A DNA stretch of 64,000 nucleotides from Dimorphilus gyrociliatus (lineage: Eukaryota; Animalia; Annelida). The DNA lies in assembly GCA_904063045.1 (NCBI GenBank), contig CAJFCJ010000005.1, positions 2,247,988 through 2,311,987 on the forward strand, given 5' to 3'. Made by a program: the position numbers and the translations under genes. The notes under the pieces are model-generated. The model was not told the DNA's origin. It searched no databases and worked only from the letters and a program-made list of their open reading frames with translations. Positions 51,190-62,776 of the stretch are shown here, one piece after another; the first letter of the stretch is position 1, and the number at the start of each line of letters is the position of its first letter.

Positions 51190-52667
51190 TTTCGTTCCAA
51201 AACAACTTGTCTGCTAAATTTAATTACTTTCGTATTTTCATTTGAAAATAATTCCAATAGATGGAGCTAACGATCGAATATTAATAATAAAGAAAATGAT
51301 ATCTCTTTTGAATACTATTCTAAACAATAATAAAACAAAGGAATAAAAAAATTAAGAACAATAAGAAAAACAGAGAGTACTCTGCGTTTTTGTTTTTTTG
51401 TATTTTACTTGGTAATTGAATGCAGTACAATTAAAATTTATACAAAATGCACCAGATGTGTCGAGTATCTAATGTTTTGAACATGTTGTTATTTCTGGCT
51501 ATTTTTTCCACTAACTTTTGTTTAGTTATTAATTGTTGTTATTACTGCTGTTATTATTCCTGCTGCTGATGCTGTTTTTATTCATTGTTTCTCTCTTTAA
51601 ATATCAATATATACAAAAATATTTTTGATCGTTATTTATTTTATACTTTTCATTAATGACCTATTTTTATGTATTTATTAGTAATTGAGTTAAAAGTTTT
51701 ATCATTTTACGAGATATATATAAAGAGAGAGAGAGAGAGAAAACACTTAAAAATTAATAGAGTTTAATCTTTCTCTTTTCTCTGTATAGGATGATGTTAA
51801 ATAAAAAGCAAACAAACTATAACAAAAGAGATAAACAAGACTAATTCAGGCTTTTTTCTCTTTTCCTGATCATTCTCTCTATCTCTCTCTCTTTTCGTTG
51901 TTTCTCTTTTTAACAAAGGAAAAAAGAAATCGTTATTGACTCTGTTATTATATAAATAATGAGTAATAAGATTTAACAATTGTTTAAACTTCCACTTGGA
52001 AAAAGACTGTGATTTATAAGAGAGGGGGATTGAAGAGAGAGAGAGAGAGAGAACAGAAATAGAGTAATTAATTAATTTTTTCACTCCTTTCTCACCTCTC
52101 CTCTATCCCCCTTCCCTCCCCTCTCCCTCCTTCCCTCTCTCTCTCTCTCTTCAATCGTCCAAATCAATATGAAATTACTTAGTTCTTCTTTCTTTTTCAA
52201 CTTTTACACAATTTAGACATGAAATCCAAATGCTAATTTAGTATAGACGTCTAATGAATTAATGATTATCGAAATACGTGATTAATTAGTTATACAATAA
52301 TTTTTTTATGGAAAAGGAAGAATTTGTAATCTTTTAAATATTTTACAAAGTTAATGACTAGATTGTTTTTACGCGGGGCTTTTTTTTTGCGGTTTTTATA
52401 GAAATACAGCATAGCGGAGAGGGTTAACGAATATAGTAATAAGTAATAAGTTATTTCGATTTTCAGATTATCAAGCTCAACCGGTTAAACAGTTGCTATA
52501 ATCAATAGTACAAATCAATCTATAAAAGCCTTTATTCGTTTCTTCAAGGTAAAAACAGGCCCCCTATCCATTTACGCCCCCTGCCGACGGAAACACGGAT
52601 CGCCTTAGCTACAAATTGTCCCTTCCTCCTCCATTCGATTAGGTAGTCGAAAAAGTTCCATTCGGAA

Positions 52668-53642
52668 ATGACTCATTACTTCGGACCGGAATCGCCGCGT
52701 CCCTTCGCGGTATTAAGGGAATCCGGTGCTTCTTCATCTTCTGATTTGCCTAGTTATGGCATGGAAGACGATATCTACTCTTTTGGAATTGATTATGAAT
52801 TACGCATGTGTCAATTAGTTCATAAGCACTTGGAATTAGGAACAAACGATAAACTTTGCTACATCGGAGAGGATAAAGGAAGTTTAGCGCCTTTGCTGAC
52901 TAACAGGTTTGGTCTTTTGCAAGAACCAACTGTCGTGTTTCCTGGTCGTATTCAATACGAGGAAGACCATTTAAAGAGGAGAGTTGCCATACCTTTAGCA
53001 AATATTGGAGCAGAAGACTTTTTTAAAGAAAGTTCCGATCAATTCGATAAAATTGCTCTGGTTTATTCAATTAACTTTATCGACGACTTGGGTACGTTTC
53101 TTTGTAATGCTATGGATCATTTAAAAGACGACGGACGTCTAGTTGTAATTGAACGAAAGCCGGAAATGAATACTTTGCCATTGTTTAAAGAAGCAAAGAA
53201 TAAATTAATGGAGAACGAATTGGAAAAACATGATTATTCGAATATAATTAAATGTCTTCAGGCTGCAAGGGCTGATGTTTCTTGGGAAGTTGAATTACTA
53301 AATATAAGAATGCCCAAAGCTAAATGGTTCAATCAGTTACGTTCTAGGTTTCCGAGCCCGTTAGAGATGTTTAGCGATTTAGATATCGAAGCTGGAATTA
53401 GAGAATTAAACGACGGAATGCTCAAGTACTGCGTTGATTCAATTATTGAATTCACTGACCGCCTGCTGTTTATTACGGGAAGTAAAACTTCACCCAATAG
53501 GTATCCGTCCATTCAACGATTCGGGTCGAGTCTACTTAGTCCCCACCCTGATATGAAAGCAATGAATTACTCAATGAAAGCCACTCCAGAATTAATGAAA
53601 TACTTACCTAAGAAACGTCTTCCTAAATTAGGTGAATATTAA
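52668..53642 (+). CDS. Class I SAM-methyltransferase-fold protein with degenerate motif I; intronless
   Basis: Strand/helix order LCYIGEDKG ... GAEDFF ... FDKIALVYSINFIDD ... LKDDGRLVVIER is typical of Methyltransf_11/25-like folds. Confidence 0.8.
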   Translation: MTHYFGPESPRPFAVLRESGASSSSDLPSYGMEDDIYSFGIDYELRMCQLVHKHLELGTNDKLCYIGEDKGSLAPLLTNRFGLLQEPTVVFPGRIQYEEDHLKRRVAIPLANIGAEDFFKESSDQFDKIALVYSINFIDDLGTFLCNAMDHLKDDGRLVVIERKPEMNTLPLFKEAKNKLMENELEKHDYSNIIKCLQAARADVSWEVELLNIRMPKAKWFNQLRSRFPSPLEMFSDLDIEAGIRELNDGMLKYCVDSIIEFTDRLLFITGSKTSPNRYPSIQRFGSSLLSPHPDMKAMNYSMKATPELMKYLPKKRLPKLGEY

Positions 53643-54121
53643 AAGCGCGCCAAAAATAAGAAACACCAACGACATCTCGTTACATGTATTGTCACCATAA
53701 CTGTTCTGAATGACTATTTTGTGTACTTTACGCCGATTAAACATCTTTTTTTTATTAAATTTAAAATTCTTTATTCCGTTGAGATTAAATAAATATATAA
53801 ATTATTCAAACATTTCCTCAATATTTAATAAATTGTTCAAGTTGAATAAAGTTTGATAGGTAGAGACATCTGCAGGTAAAACGAAACTATTCTAAAATGG
53901 CGGCATATAAACAAATCTAGCCGAACCAAATTGTTGTCAATGAAAATTGATATTAAACATCTATTCAATATTGAGAATTGAATAAAAGTATAATCAACAT
54001 AAATATTATCTTCTGTGAAAAAATCCAAAACCAAAATTCTTTTAAACAATCGACTCTTTGTTGAAAACTATTTTATCACTACCTGTTCCATACACGTTCC
54101 TACATGACTTTTTCTAACTAA

Positions 54122-57100
54122 AATGACTAAAAAGTCGACAAATGATGATGATTTTGAAAAATTCCTTCAAGAGGTTTGTCTAATTTTTCTAACTATTTAC
54201 ATTATTTATTAAACGAATGTCAATATTCGGAAAGAATGTTACAGTATTAAAAACTATTGTTGATTAATTATGATTCTATTTTAAATTATTCAATTCAAAT
54301 ACTAATTGAAAATTAATAAATATGACCATTTTACAATCTTTTAAGTCAATATCTGAAGATTCTACATCATATGGTCCAAAAGTACGTATGAATAAGAAAG
54401 ATAAACTATGGTGGGACGAAGATGGAGACACTTGTTAGTATTATTTTAAAAAATGAATTCATTTCTAATTGATTACTAAGAAATGAATGTTTAATTATGA
54501 TCTTTTATTAGCCGAAAAGACACAACCAAAAATGAGTTTTATGAAGACGAAAAAGAAAGAATCTATCGAAGAGAAGGTAACTAATTATAAATAAATAATA
54601 ATATTCAACATCCGTTGAGAGTAATGTTAATTAAATAGAAAATAGATTAATTATATATTTATATTTAATATTTTTTTATTAATATGCTGACTTTGCGTCT
54701 TTTTCTCTCCTTTCACAAATCTTAAAATAGAATGTGGGCAAAGATAAAATACGCCTGAGCAAAGATAGTTTAGATGATACTCTTGAGAAAACCGAGAAAC
54801 CGAAAGATAGTATTACAATACCTAACTTAAATTTGACCTCTCAATCTTTTGCCGAATCTGAGACTGACGGTAATCAAGCGCCAGGAAATGAAACGTTAAT
54901 GGAGGAAGCTGATAAAGCAGCTTTTTTCAAAAATTTAAGGGAAAAGGAAGGAAAAACTTTGGAATTTGAGAAGCTGGCAGAAGAATGCGACACTAAAGGT
55001 TTTCCTACGATTAATGAAGAGAATGATCTAGAAGAGGATAATGTCAATGAAGAACAGAAAAAGGGAAAGAGTACACTAAAATATGAAGACGAAGAAGAGG
55101 AGGAGGAGGAAGAAGAAGAAGAAGAAGAAGACGATGAAGAAAAAGGTCCTAGGCCAGTTGGAAAAAGAGATATGAAACCCAGTATGTTGTCTAAAGGTAA
55201 TATTTTCTTTACTTATTATAGTTAAAGGACTTTTTTAAAAAAAATGATGTATTTTTCTAGTGTCTTTACTCGACTCTCTGGAATCATCTGGAGGCACGAA
55301 AATGATATCAAAGGACGATTCAGGAAGTAAGGAAGAACTCGAGGAAGTAAAGGAAGAAGATGAGAAAAAAGTAAAATTTCTAAGAGACACCGATTCGTCT
55401 AATGCTGTTTTGGAGGAGTACCAACGCCATCTGAAACAGGGTATGTCTTACAGCACGAAAGATGAAACGGGATATATAACCCCACCCGGAGGAACAGGTC
55501 TTCAACCCACAGTTGGTTTGTAGTCTAAATATAGTCCAACTATGACGTTAATGAACTATTTTCTTTTATTTGTCAATCCGAACTAGATGAGGTTGGTGAC
55601 CTATACGACAGAAGCAAAAACATAGAGACTTTGTATGGTGAGTGTATTTACTGTATATTACAAGTTGCGTAATTAATTAAATTTACTTTTTTACTTGCTA
55701 ATTTATTTTAAAAGATGAAAAAATTAGTAGAAATACGGATTTGGATGAGAATTTTACAAATTTAGATTTGAGTCCTATTGCTAATCATACACCTCCAAAG
55801 GCTTTGCCTAGAACTAGATCATCAACAGAACGATTATCGAGTACAAAGAAGGGTAGAGTATCTCTAATTTGGTATAAAACCATTGTATCGCTTTAATTCG
55901 AATATATTGTCTATTAATTAGAAAAAAAGAGGCATGACAAGTACAGGAATGTTAGAAGTTCAGGCTATGGGAGAGTCTCAGAAGAGCGAAGAAAACATCA
56001 AAAGAGCTCCGATTACGAAAAACCCCCAAAACAACCTATAAGGGAAGAAAATCGTCGACTTAATCACGGACGTGACAGGGAAGAACAATTCGAGAAGCTC
56101 ATTAAATCCCAATCGAAGAAGGGTAAAGAAACCTTATCAACTCAAATGCTTTCGACCGCAATTTGTGAAGAAATGGACGAATGGAGACTTAGATGGCAAG
56201 CCGAGAAAGTAAAATCTGATAAATTAAGTGCAAGCCTAATTCATTCAGAAAAACAATGGATTAGAGATAAGGAAGACATAAAATCAAGATACGAAGAGGA
56301 AATTGTTAAATTAAAAAGAGAAAATAATGAATTAATGAACAAAGTAGCTAAATTACTAATAGTACTTTTTTTTAATTGAATATTTAATTAAGTTATATTA
56401 AATTAAACAGTTTGAAAAGGTCAAAGTTATCTCTAGGCAATCGGACGATGAAAAGTTAACAAACTTCTTAAATCAAATTCAAGATCAGGAAAAGTTAATT
56501 AATGGATATCAAGTTGAAAATGAGAAATTATATCAAGAGATGAAATTAATGAAAATTGATAGAAAAACTAATGAAGAGAGGTAGAATATTTCAATTTTAT
56601 CTCCAAATTGTATAACTTAATCAACAATTTGTTTATTTTTGGTTTATTTGTAGACTTATCAAAGAAAATAGAAAATTAATTACTGAATTAGAGAATATCA
56701 AGTAAGTTTACCATACGTTTTTATATTAAAATATGTCTTATACATCCTTTTTACTCTAGGGAACAAACACTACCCAGAGAGAGATTGGTAAAGGGTGAAT
56801 CGTCCAGTATAGATCATTCATTAAGTTCTAATAGAATTAAACAGTTGGAGACGGAATTGAAGCAGATTAAAGTAATGTTTTAATGCGTTTAGTTTTTCTT
56901 CTTTCCAACTTAAATAAATAAAAATATATATATATATAATATTTTATTAGGGCGAAATGAAAGAGAATAAAATAGCCTTAGAGTTAACAAAGAAAGAGAA
57001 GAAAGAGGCCGACGAACTCTTTGAAATGACTGTTATTAAACTAAAGAGAATGGAGGAGAAAGAAGATGAACTAAGAAATAATATTTCAAAAGAAAATAAA

Positions 57101-59906
57101 GTTAGTTCTTATAAAACAATAAATAAATATATAGTTTATTTATGTAATGCATTTTTAATAATTTCTAGAAAGATGTTGAAAAATTACAAGAAATTAACTC
57201 AAAATTAGAAAGAAAGATACGATGGTATGCTGAAAATCAAGAATTACTTGACAAAGACTCAATTAAGTTGAAAGAACAACATCTAAGGATAAAAGAACTT
57301 GAAAAAAAAGTAGAATATATGGAAAGTGATGTATGTTTCTTCTATTAGTCAATATTTTATAAGATTGATGCAAATTTATTATATTTCTCTTTTATATAGG
57401 AATATCAGAAAGGTAGGCTAGAAAAGTTAAGACAGAAGGAAAAGCAAAGAGATTTAACCAAAATAAGAGATTTAGAGAGACAAGTGAAAGAATTAGAGAA
57501 TATCATTAAAAAACGTCATCCGAACTCGATAGCGTCCTTAATGTGGGCCGCGTCGTCAGAAAAACAGGATAATCCAAATATGCCATCTATAAAATTTCTT
57601 GAAGATCGTTGCAAACGATTGGAAAAAGAATTAGAAGAAAGGGATGATGAAGAAAAGAAATCCATCAGGGTTTTAGAACAAAAATTCGAGAGAATGAAGG
57701 GAACTTATGAAATAACTATTGAAGATTTAAATGATAAATTGGGCGCTTTAACTAAAGGTAGTTCAGAAAGACCACATACTCATATGAAAGCCTTAGAAAG
57801 GGAATTGGATAGCGTTAAAGAAAGGTAAGGACTCTTTGTCAATGAATAATATTTCTATTGTAAAAAGAAAAGATACTACCATTTACTGGCGCCATCTATT
57901 AGTCAGAATACGCCCTAATCCTGGCTAATATACAGTATAAATTTATATAAAAGTATACATATCATATTCGCAAGAAGGTGTAAAATCATGAAACTCGTGA
58001 TATATTAACAATGGAATGACGTCTTTCCAGTTTCAACATTTTTAAAGCTTCATGTTTTTTTTGTTTCCTTTCCATTATTAACAATTGTTACAAAAATACG
58101 TTTACCCCTCACCTTAATAATCGCCCTCCACCCTTAAATCTCTTGTCCATTTAACAATGACTATAAAGAAATTAAAATATGTATTTGTTAAAAGTTTTTC
58201 ATTTTTTTTTCAAGTGCATTATACAAAGAAAATGTAAAGTCCTTTTTGCCCTCGCGTCCCTCCCCCCTCTACCAATGACACAAATACTTATATTATTAGC
58301 TTTAACTCTCCTATTCGACTAATTCAAATAATTTTATCTCAACTCTTCAGATATAGGAAACGAGTCGTCGAACTTGAAAACGAAATTGAACAGCTACAAA
58401 ATGAATTACAATTAGCTTTAAAATCTTCACAAAATCCTCAACATTCCTCTCCAACTAAAAAAGAGAATAAATTATATTTCGAGATTAAAGAATTAAAGAT
58501 AGAAAGGGAAGAATTAAAACTAAGAATTGATGATTTATTAAAAGAAATATCTCATCTAAAGGAGCAATCTTCAAAGAAAATGCCAAAGAATTCAAAACTT
58601 ATTGATAATAATATACCAAATTTAGAAAAGGATGTAGAAATTTTAACAAAAGAGAAGAAAAACTTGGAACAAGAGGTGACTATTTATCATTTAGCTCTTT
58701 CTCTCATTCTTTCATTTTTCCAATGTTGATATTTACGCTTAAACGAAATTGTTTATTTTTAATTTTAGAATCATAAGCTTACTTCCTTTTTTCGTTAAAA
58801 TATTTTAAGTAGGCAACTTAATCTTTTCCCTTTTTCAACTAAATCGAAAGTAAACGTAAACAAAACTATTCGAAAATTACGTAAGAAAAAAGAATTTCTA
58901 GTAGGCTTAATTGACTTCGTATCGGTTATCATATAAAAAGCAAAGGAAATTTTATCGTCTGAAACCTTAATTAACACGTATATCTAATTTAGACGACTTA
59001 CAGCTGTTCCATTCACACAAAATCACGAAGAGACAAAGAAAGAAAGAAAGAAAGAGATGTTCGTAAATTATCCTGTTAATTCGTTTTTATTGTTAGAAAG
59101 AAAACTATTTTACATATCACGTCTATTTTTATCCACAGCGGAAAGAAAACAGTAGGCAAATCTATCAATGATAATTATATAACTGTATCTTTCTTTTACG
59201 TCTTATTTGCTTTATAAATATATACTAGGATATATATATGTCATTTATCTAGAATAAGGAGTTACAAAGAATTCTTGAAAATGACCGCGAAAGATGGAAA
59301 GATAAGCTTCATGAAGCTTTTGAATCTGAAAGGAAAACTAAAGAGGAAATTGAAAAAAAGGTATTGAAAAGAAAAGATAAAAACAAAGTTTAGTCATTAA
59401 ATCAATAGCTATTCTTTGTTTTAAAACTTTAATTACTCATTCATTATAGTTTATTATTATTATTACTTTTACAGACAGCTGAATTGTATAATGAACACGT
59501 CCTGGCCATGCAGACTTTCTACTCAAATCCACCTAAAATTGAAAGGACTGAACGGCTAGAAAAGGAACTTTCACTTGGTAAGCAAAGACAGACTGCTCTT
59601 GAAGATGAAATTAAACAACTCTCAGAAGATCTTAAGGAGGCAAGATCTAGCCATACGGCTGAAAGGCGTCATATTGATTCATTATTAGAAAAAATTAGAC
59701 GTTTAGAAAGTCGACATATCGAGAGAGAGTCTGAAATAAAGCATCTTCTTTTATCAAAAAGTATTAAAGATGAAGAAGAAGATCAAATAGAATATTGGAA
59801 AAGTGTAGTAGATAAGAAAAATAGTGAGATAGAACGTTTTAAATTAGAAATGGACGCAATATTAGAAAATGTTAGGAAATTACAAAGAAAAAATACTCAT
59901 AAATAG
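54122..59906 (+). CDS. CEP162: Centrosomal protein 162-like coiled-coil protein, multi-exon
   Basis: N-terminal DDDFEKFLQE, RQVKELENIIKKRHPNSIASLMWAA and C-terminal KNSEIERFKLEMDAILENVRKLQ match recalled CEP162/QN1 segments. Confidence 0.88.
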
Positions 59907-60153
59907 ATATTTTCTATTATTTTTTTAAAAAGCAATTTCTAGAAAAATTATTATTAATATTCATATGGTTCTATTTTCGTATATTTTCTTAACTGTATAT
60001 GAAAACATAAAATAAATATAAAAAAGTGTTAGTTTTTTTAATGAACGATAATTCATATATGTTCTGTCTTATATTTTCATCGTTAAAAAAATTGTCTCAG
60101 GATTTAAATATAACTGTTTAAAAAATAATTAATTTAATTAAAAGAATGTACTT

Positions 60154-60187
<34 letters not shown>

Positions 60188-60212
60188 CATTATTCATTAA
60201 GTTTAAATATAG

Positions 60213-60720
60213 TTCTTTTTGTGCGAGTCATCTATGTAAACGGGTAAAACGGTATGTTTCACTCAATGTTCTGAAACGATGAACTACGGATGGGGGGAAA
60301 ATTCTCCCATCAAGTCATCAATATTGCTGACATTTAGCCAAATCTGACTAATATCTTGACTCAGGATGTTAGATATGACGAATTTCAGACACTGAGAGCG
60401 ATTATTTTAACGAGCAGTGATGAATTAAACGAATCTTATCTGGTGAAGTTCCTGTTTTTAAAAAAGCTAGTTGAACTCCCATGATTCGTTAGTGTTCTTT
60501 ACACCTGAGCTCAATAGAAACCTGTGTAAAACACACTCTTATTAAGTATGAAAGTTTTTTCCCAATATTCTATAAATAATGTTTACTAAATGTCAGTTGA
60601 CTAATGACCTAATTCCGGATGTTTATTAGAGAGTATTTTCAAAGAGAGTATCAAAATTTTTCAAGAAGGGAAGAAATTAGCCAAAATAAACTTCCTTATT
60701 CAGTTTGAAATTTGTAGAAT
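60213..60720 (+). ncRNA. Putative non-coding 5'TOP-like snoRNA/scaRNA host transcript
   Basis: TCT/TOP-like TTCTTTTT (60213-60220), donor AAACG|GTATGT (60252), acceptors at 60596 and 60703; only an ATG-TAA in exon 1. Inferred from motifs alone. Confidence 0.4.
60269..60513 (+). ncRNA. Tandem box C/D guide RNA resembling SCARNA9 (mgU2-19/30); module 1 predicts U2 snRNA Gm19
   Basis: Module 1: C-like TTGCTGA 60324, guide TTTAGCCAAA 60333-60342, D' CTGA 60344, 12-bp hairpin, C' ATGACGA, D CTGA 60392. Module 2: GAGC-A-GTGATGA (60412-60423) ... CTGA-GCTC (60505-60512) with terminal stem. Confidence 0.72.
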
Positions 60721-60973
60721 ATAAAGATTTTCATAACTTTTTACACCTGTTGATGCTTTTTCTTTTCCTTTCCCTCTTCTTCAATAATAACATTTTACTT
60801 TCCCTATATCTTTTAATCAGTATATTACCTTCCTATAAAAAATTGTGATTAGTTTATTGACGAAGAACAATTAATAGCGTCTAGTATACACAGTATATAT
60901 GTTTTTATAAGGTTATTTTACTTTTTATCATGGAGGTTGTCACTTCCATGGTTAACCGAGGTGGACGGGGCTG

Positions 60974-62031
60974 TTAATTTTTTTTCAATTTAAAGAGGCC
61001 ACTTGATACACCACCACGTGGTATTAGACCACCGTGTATGTAAATGTCATTGTCAGTATAAATTAGAACTTGACCGCTCCTCGCTATAGAACTTGATGCT
61101 AATTTATAACAGGTTAAATTCGGCTTAAAAGTTATTAAGAAAATATCTCCGCTTGGCTCCACAATACTTCTCCCTAAAGGGATAATTAAGCTTACATTTT
61201 AAGGTTAGGGAAAGAGGAAAGGAACAAGAAACCTGAGAATGGTTCCCCACCGAACACTAACATCATACCACAACCTTCTATAGCACTATGGTGTCGTCTG
61301 ATTGGAATGTTCTTTGTTTGCGATAGTTTTTCAGTGTTGACGAATGCTTTAAGACATGAACATGGCTTATAACCTTTCTTATACCCTCCATGTTCTTCAA
61401 TAGCCTTATCGTCTCGACCGCCGTGTACTACAATATTGTTGTTAATAATAACAGCCGTATGACCTGATCTCGAACTCAGCCCCATAGGATTGACTCGATA
61501 TTTGAAGGCATTTAAATTTCCCGTTAGAATATAGGCATTTCCTGTCCGCCTTTGCATTCTAAGCCCTCCCTCCCTTCCCAAGATGAGAATATCATCGTTG
61601 CTTAGTAAGGTTGACGTATGGGAGCTTAACCCAGCTCCCTCAGGAAATCCAGAAGTAGGAACTTTCTTCCAAACTTTCTCTACCGTGTCGTAGGAGTGCA
61701 CGTCGGACGTCCGAACTTTTCCATCCCAACCGCCAATCAGTAAAAAATACCTATCCCTTAGGACGACAGACGAATGATGACTCAAATAGGGTGACTGGGC
61801 GGTCGTTAAATCAGTCCATCTGGAAGTCCTTGTATCGAAAGACTGAAGCTTATTAAGGGGATTTTTGTCGCCTTTCGAAAACACCCCACCATGAATGTAG
61901 ATAGCGTTATCTATAACACATGCGCAATGATAGGCCGCTGGGGACGGACTTTGATTAATGAAATCCCAGTCCAAAGTATTTTCTTCTCCTTTGTTTGAAT
62001 TAATGCTTGATCTTCTCCTATCCGTTGTCAT
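60974..62031 (-). CDS. KLHDC9: Kelch domain-containing protein 9, 2 exons
   Basis: LSHHSS...LIGGWDG, AGLSSHT, GREGGLRMQRRTGNAY and SRSGHTA motifs; one phase-1 intron near 61230-61175. Confidence 0.9.
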
Positions 62032-62776
62032 TTCGTTTTCATATAAATACTGTTTACGTTCGATACGACAGACTGGTTTCCTGGTATGTTTTAAACAAAC
62101 AAGTTTTGTACCATGGTAAAAAATATTTTGAAGCCATAGTCCGATAAACAGCAGGCAATTAACAGGATTTTCAAAACACTCTCACCCCGTTCTCATTTTC
62201 CCCCCAATACCTAGCTGAACTAGTAAAAGTACGCAGCGCCTGAGGAAGGAATTTCCTCCATGAAAATTAACTAATAATACCTTATGGTAACGAAGAGAAA
62301 ACATATGTTATTTTGCAGAACGCGTTTAGAAACATATGCTAAACTTTTGGGGAAAAATTTACCTAGTTTCGTTTCTGGTTATTTCGTTTCTTCAAAACTA
62401 TAAATAAATAGATATAGAGAGTACATAACATAAATATTTCAATTAGCTATAGAGATTTTAGAATAGAACATAGTTGTTCGAATCTCACTATTTATGCGCA
62501 ACACGAGACTACTACAATAAAGAATTGGTGTAATGTGAAGTGCATTTAATGCACTTAGTTTCTTTTCCAAAAATGGGCTTAATTCCCTTAATAGGAAGAC
62601 ATTTAGACTTGAAAAAAATGCATTTGATACTCTAACCACAGTTAAGATTCTTTGGACATTCCATCCCGCTAGGGGGCTGGACTTTTGATACTGAACGATA
62701 TTATAGTTATCCATCTAATCACTATTTTTAGAGGTATTAAATATTTTTTTAGAATAAAATTTTTTATTTCTCAAAA

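Noticed and set aside
62539-62688. Start-less plus frame with LRR-like words (SKNGLNSLNRKTF, LEKNAFDTLTTVKILW)
   Set aside because: Too short, flanked by stops and overlapping promoter motifs; a decayed LRR gene cannot be supported without a profile search.
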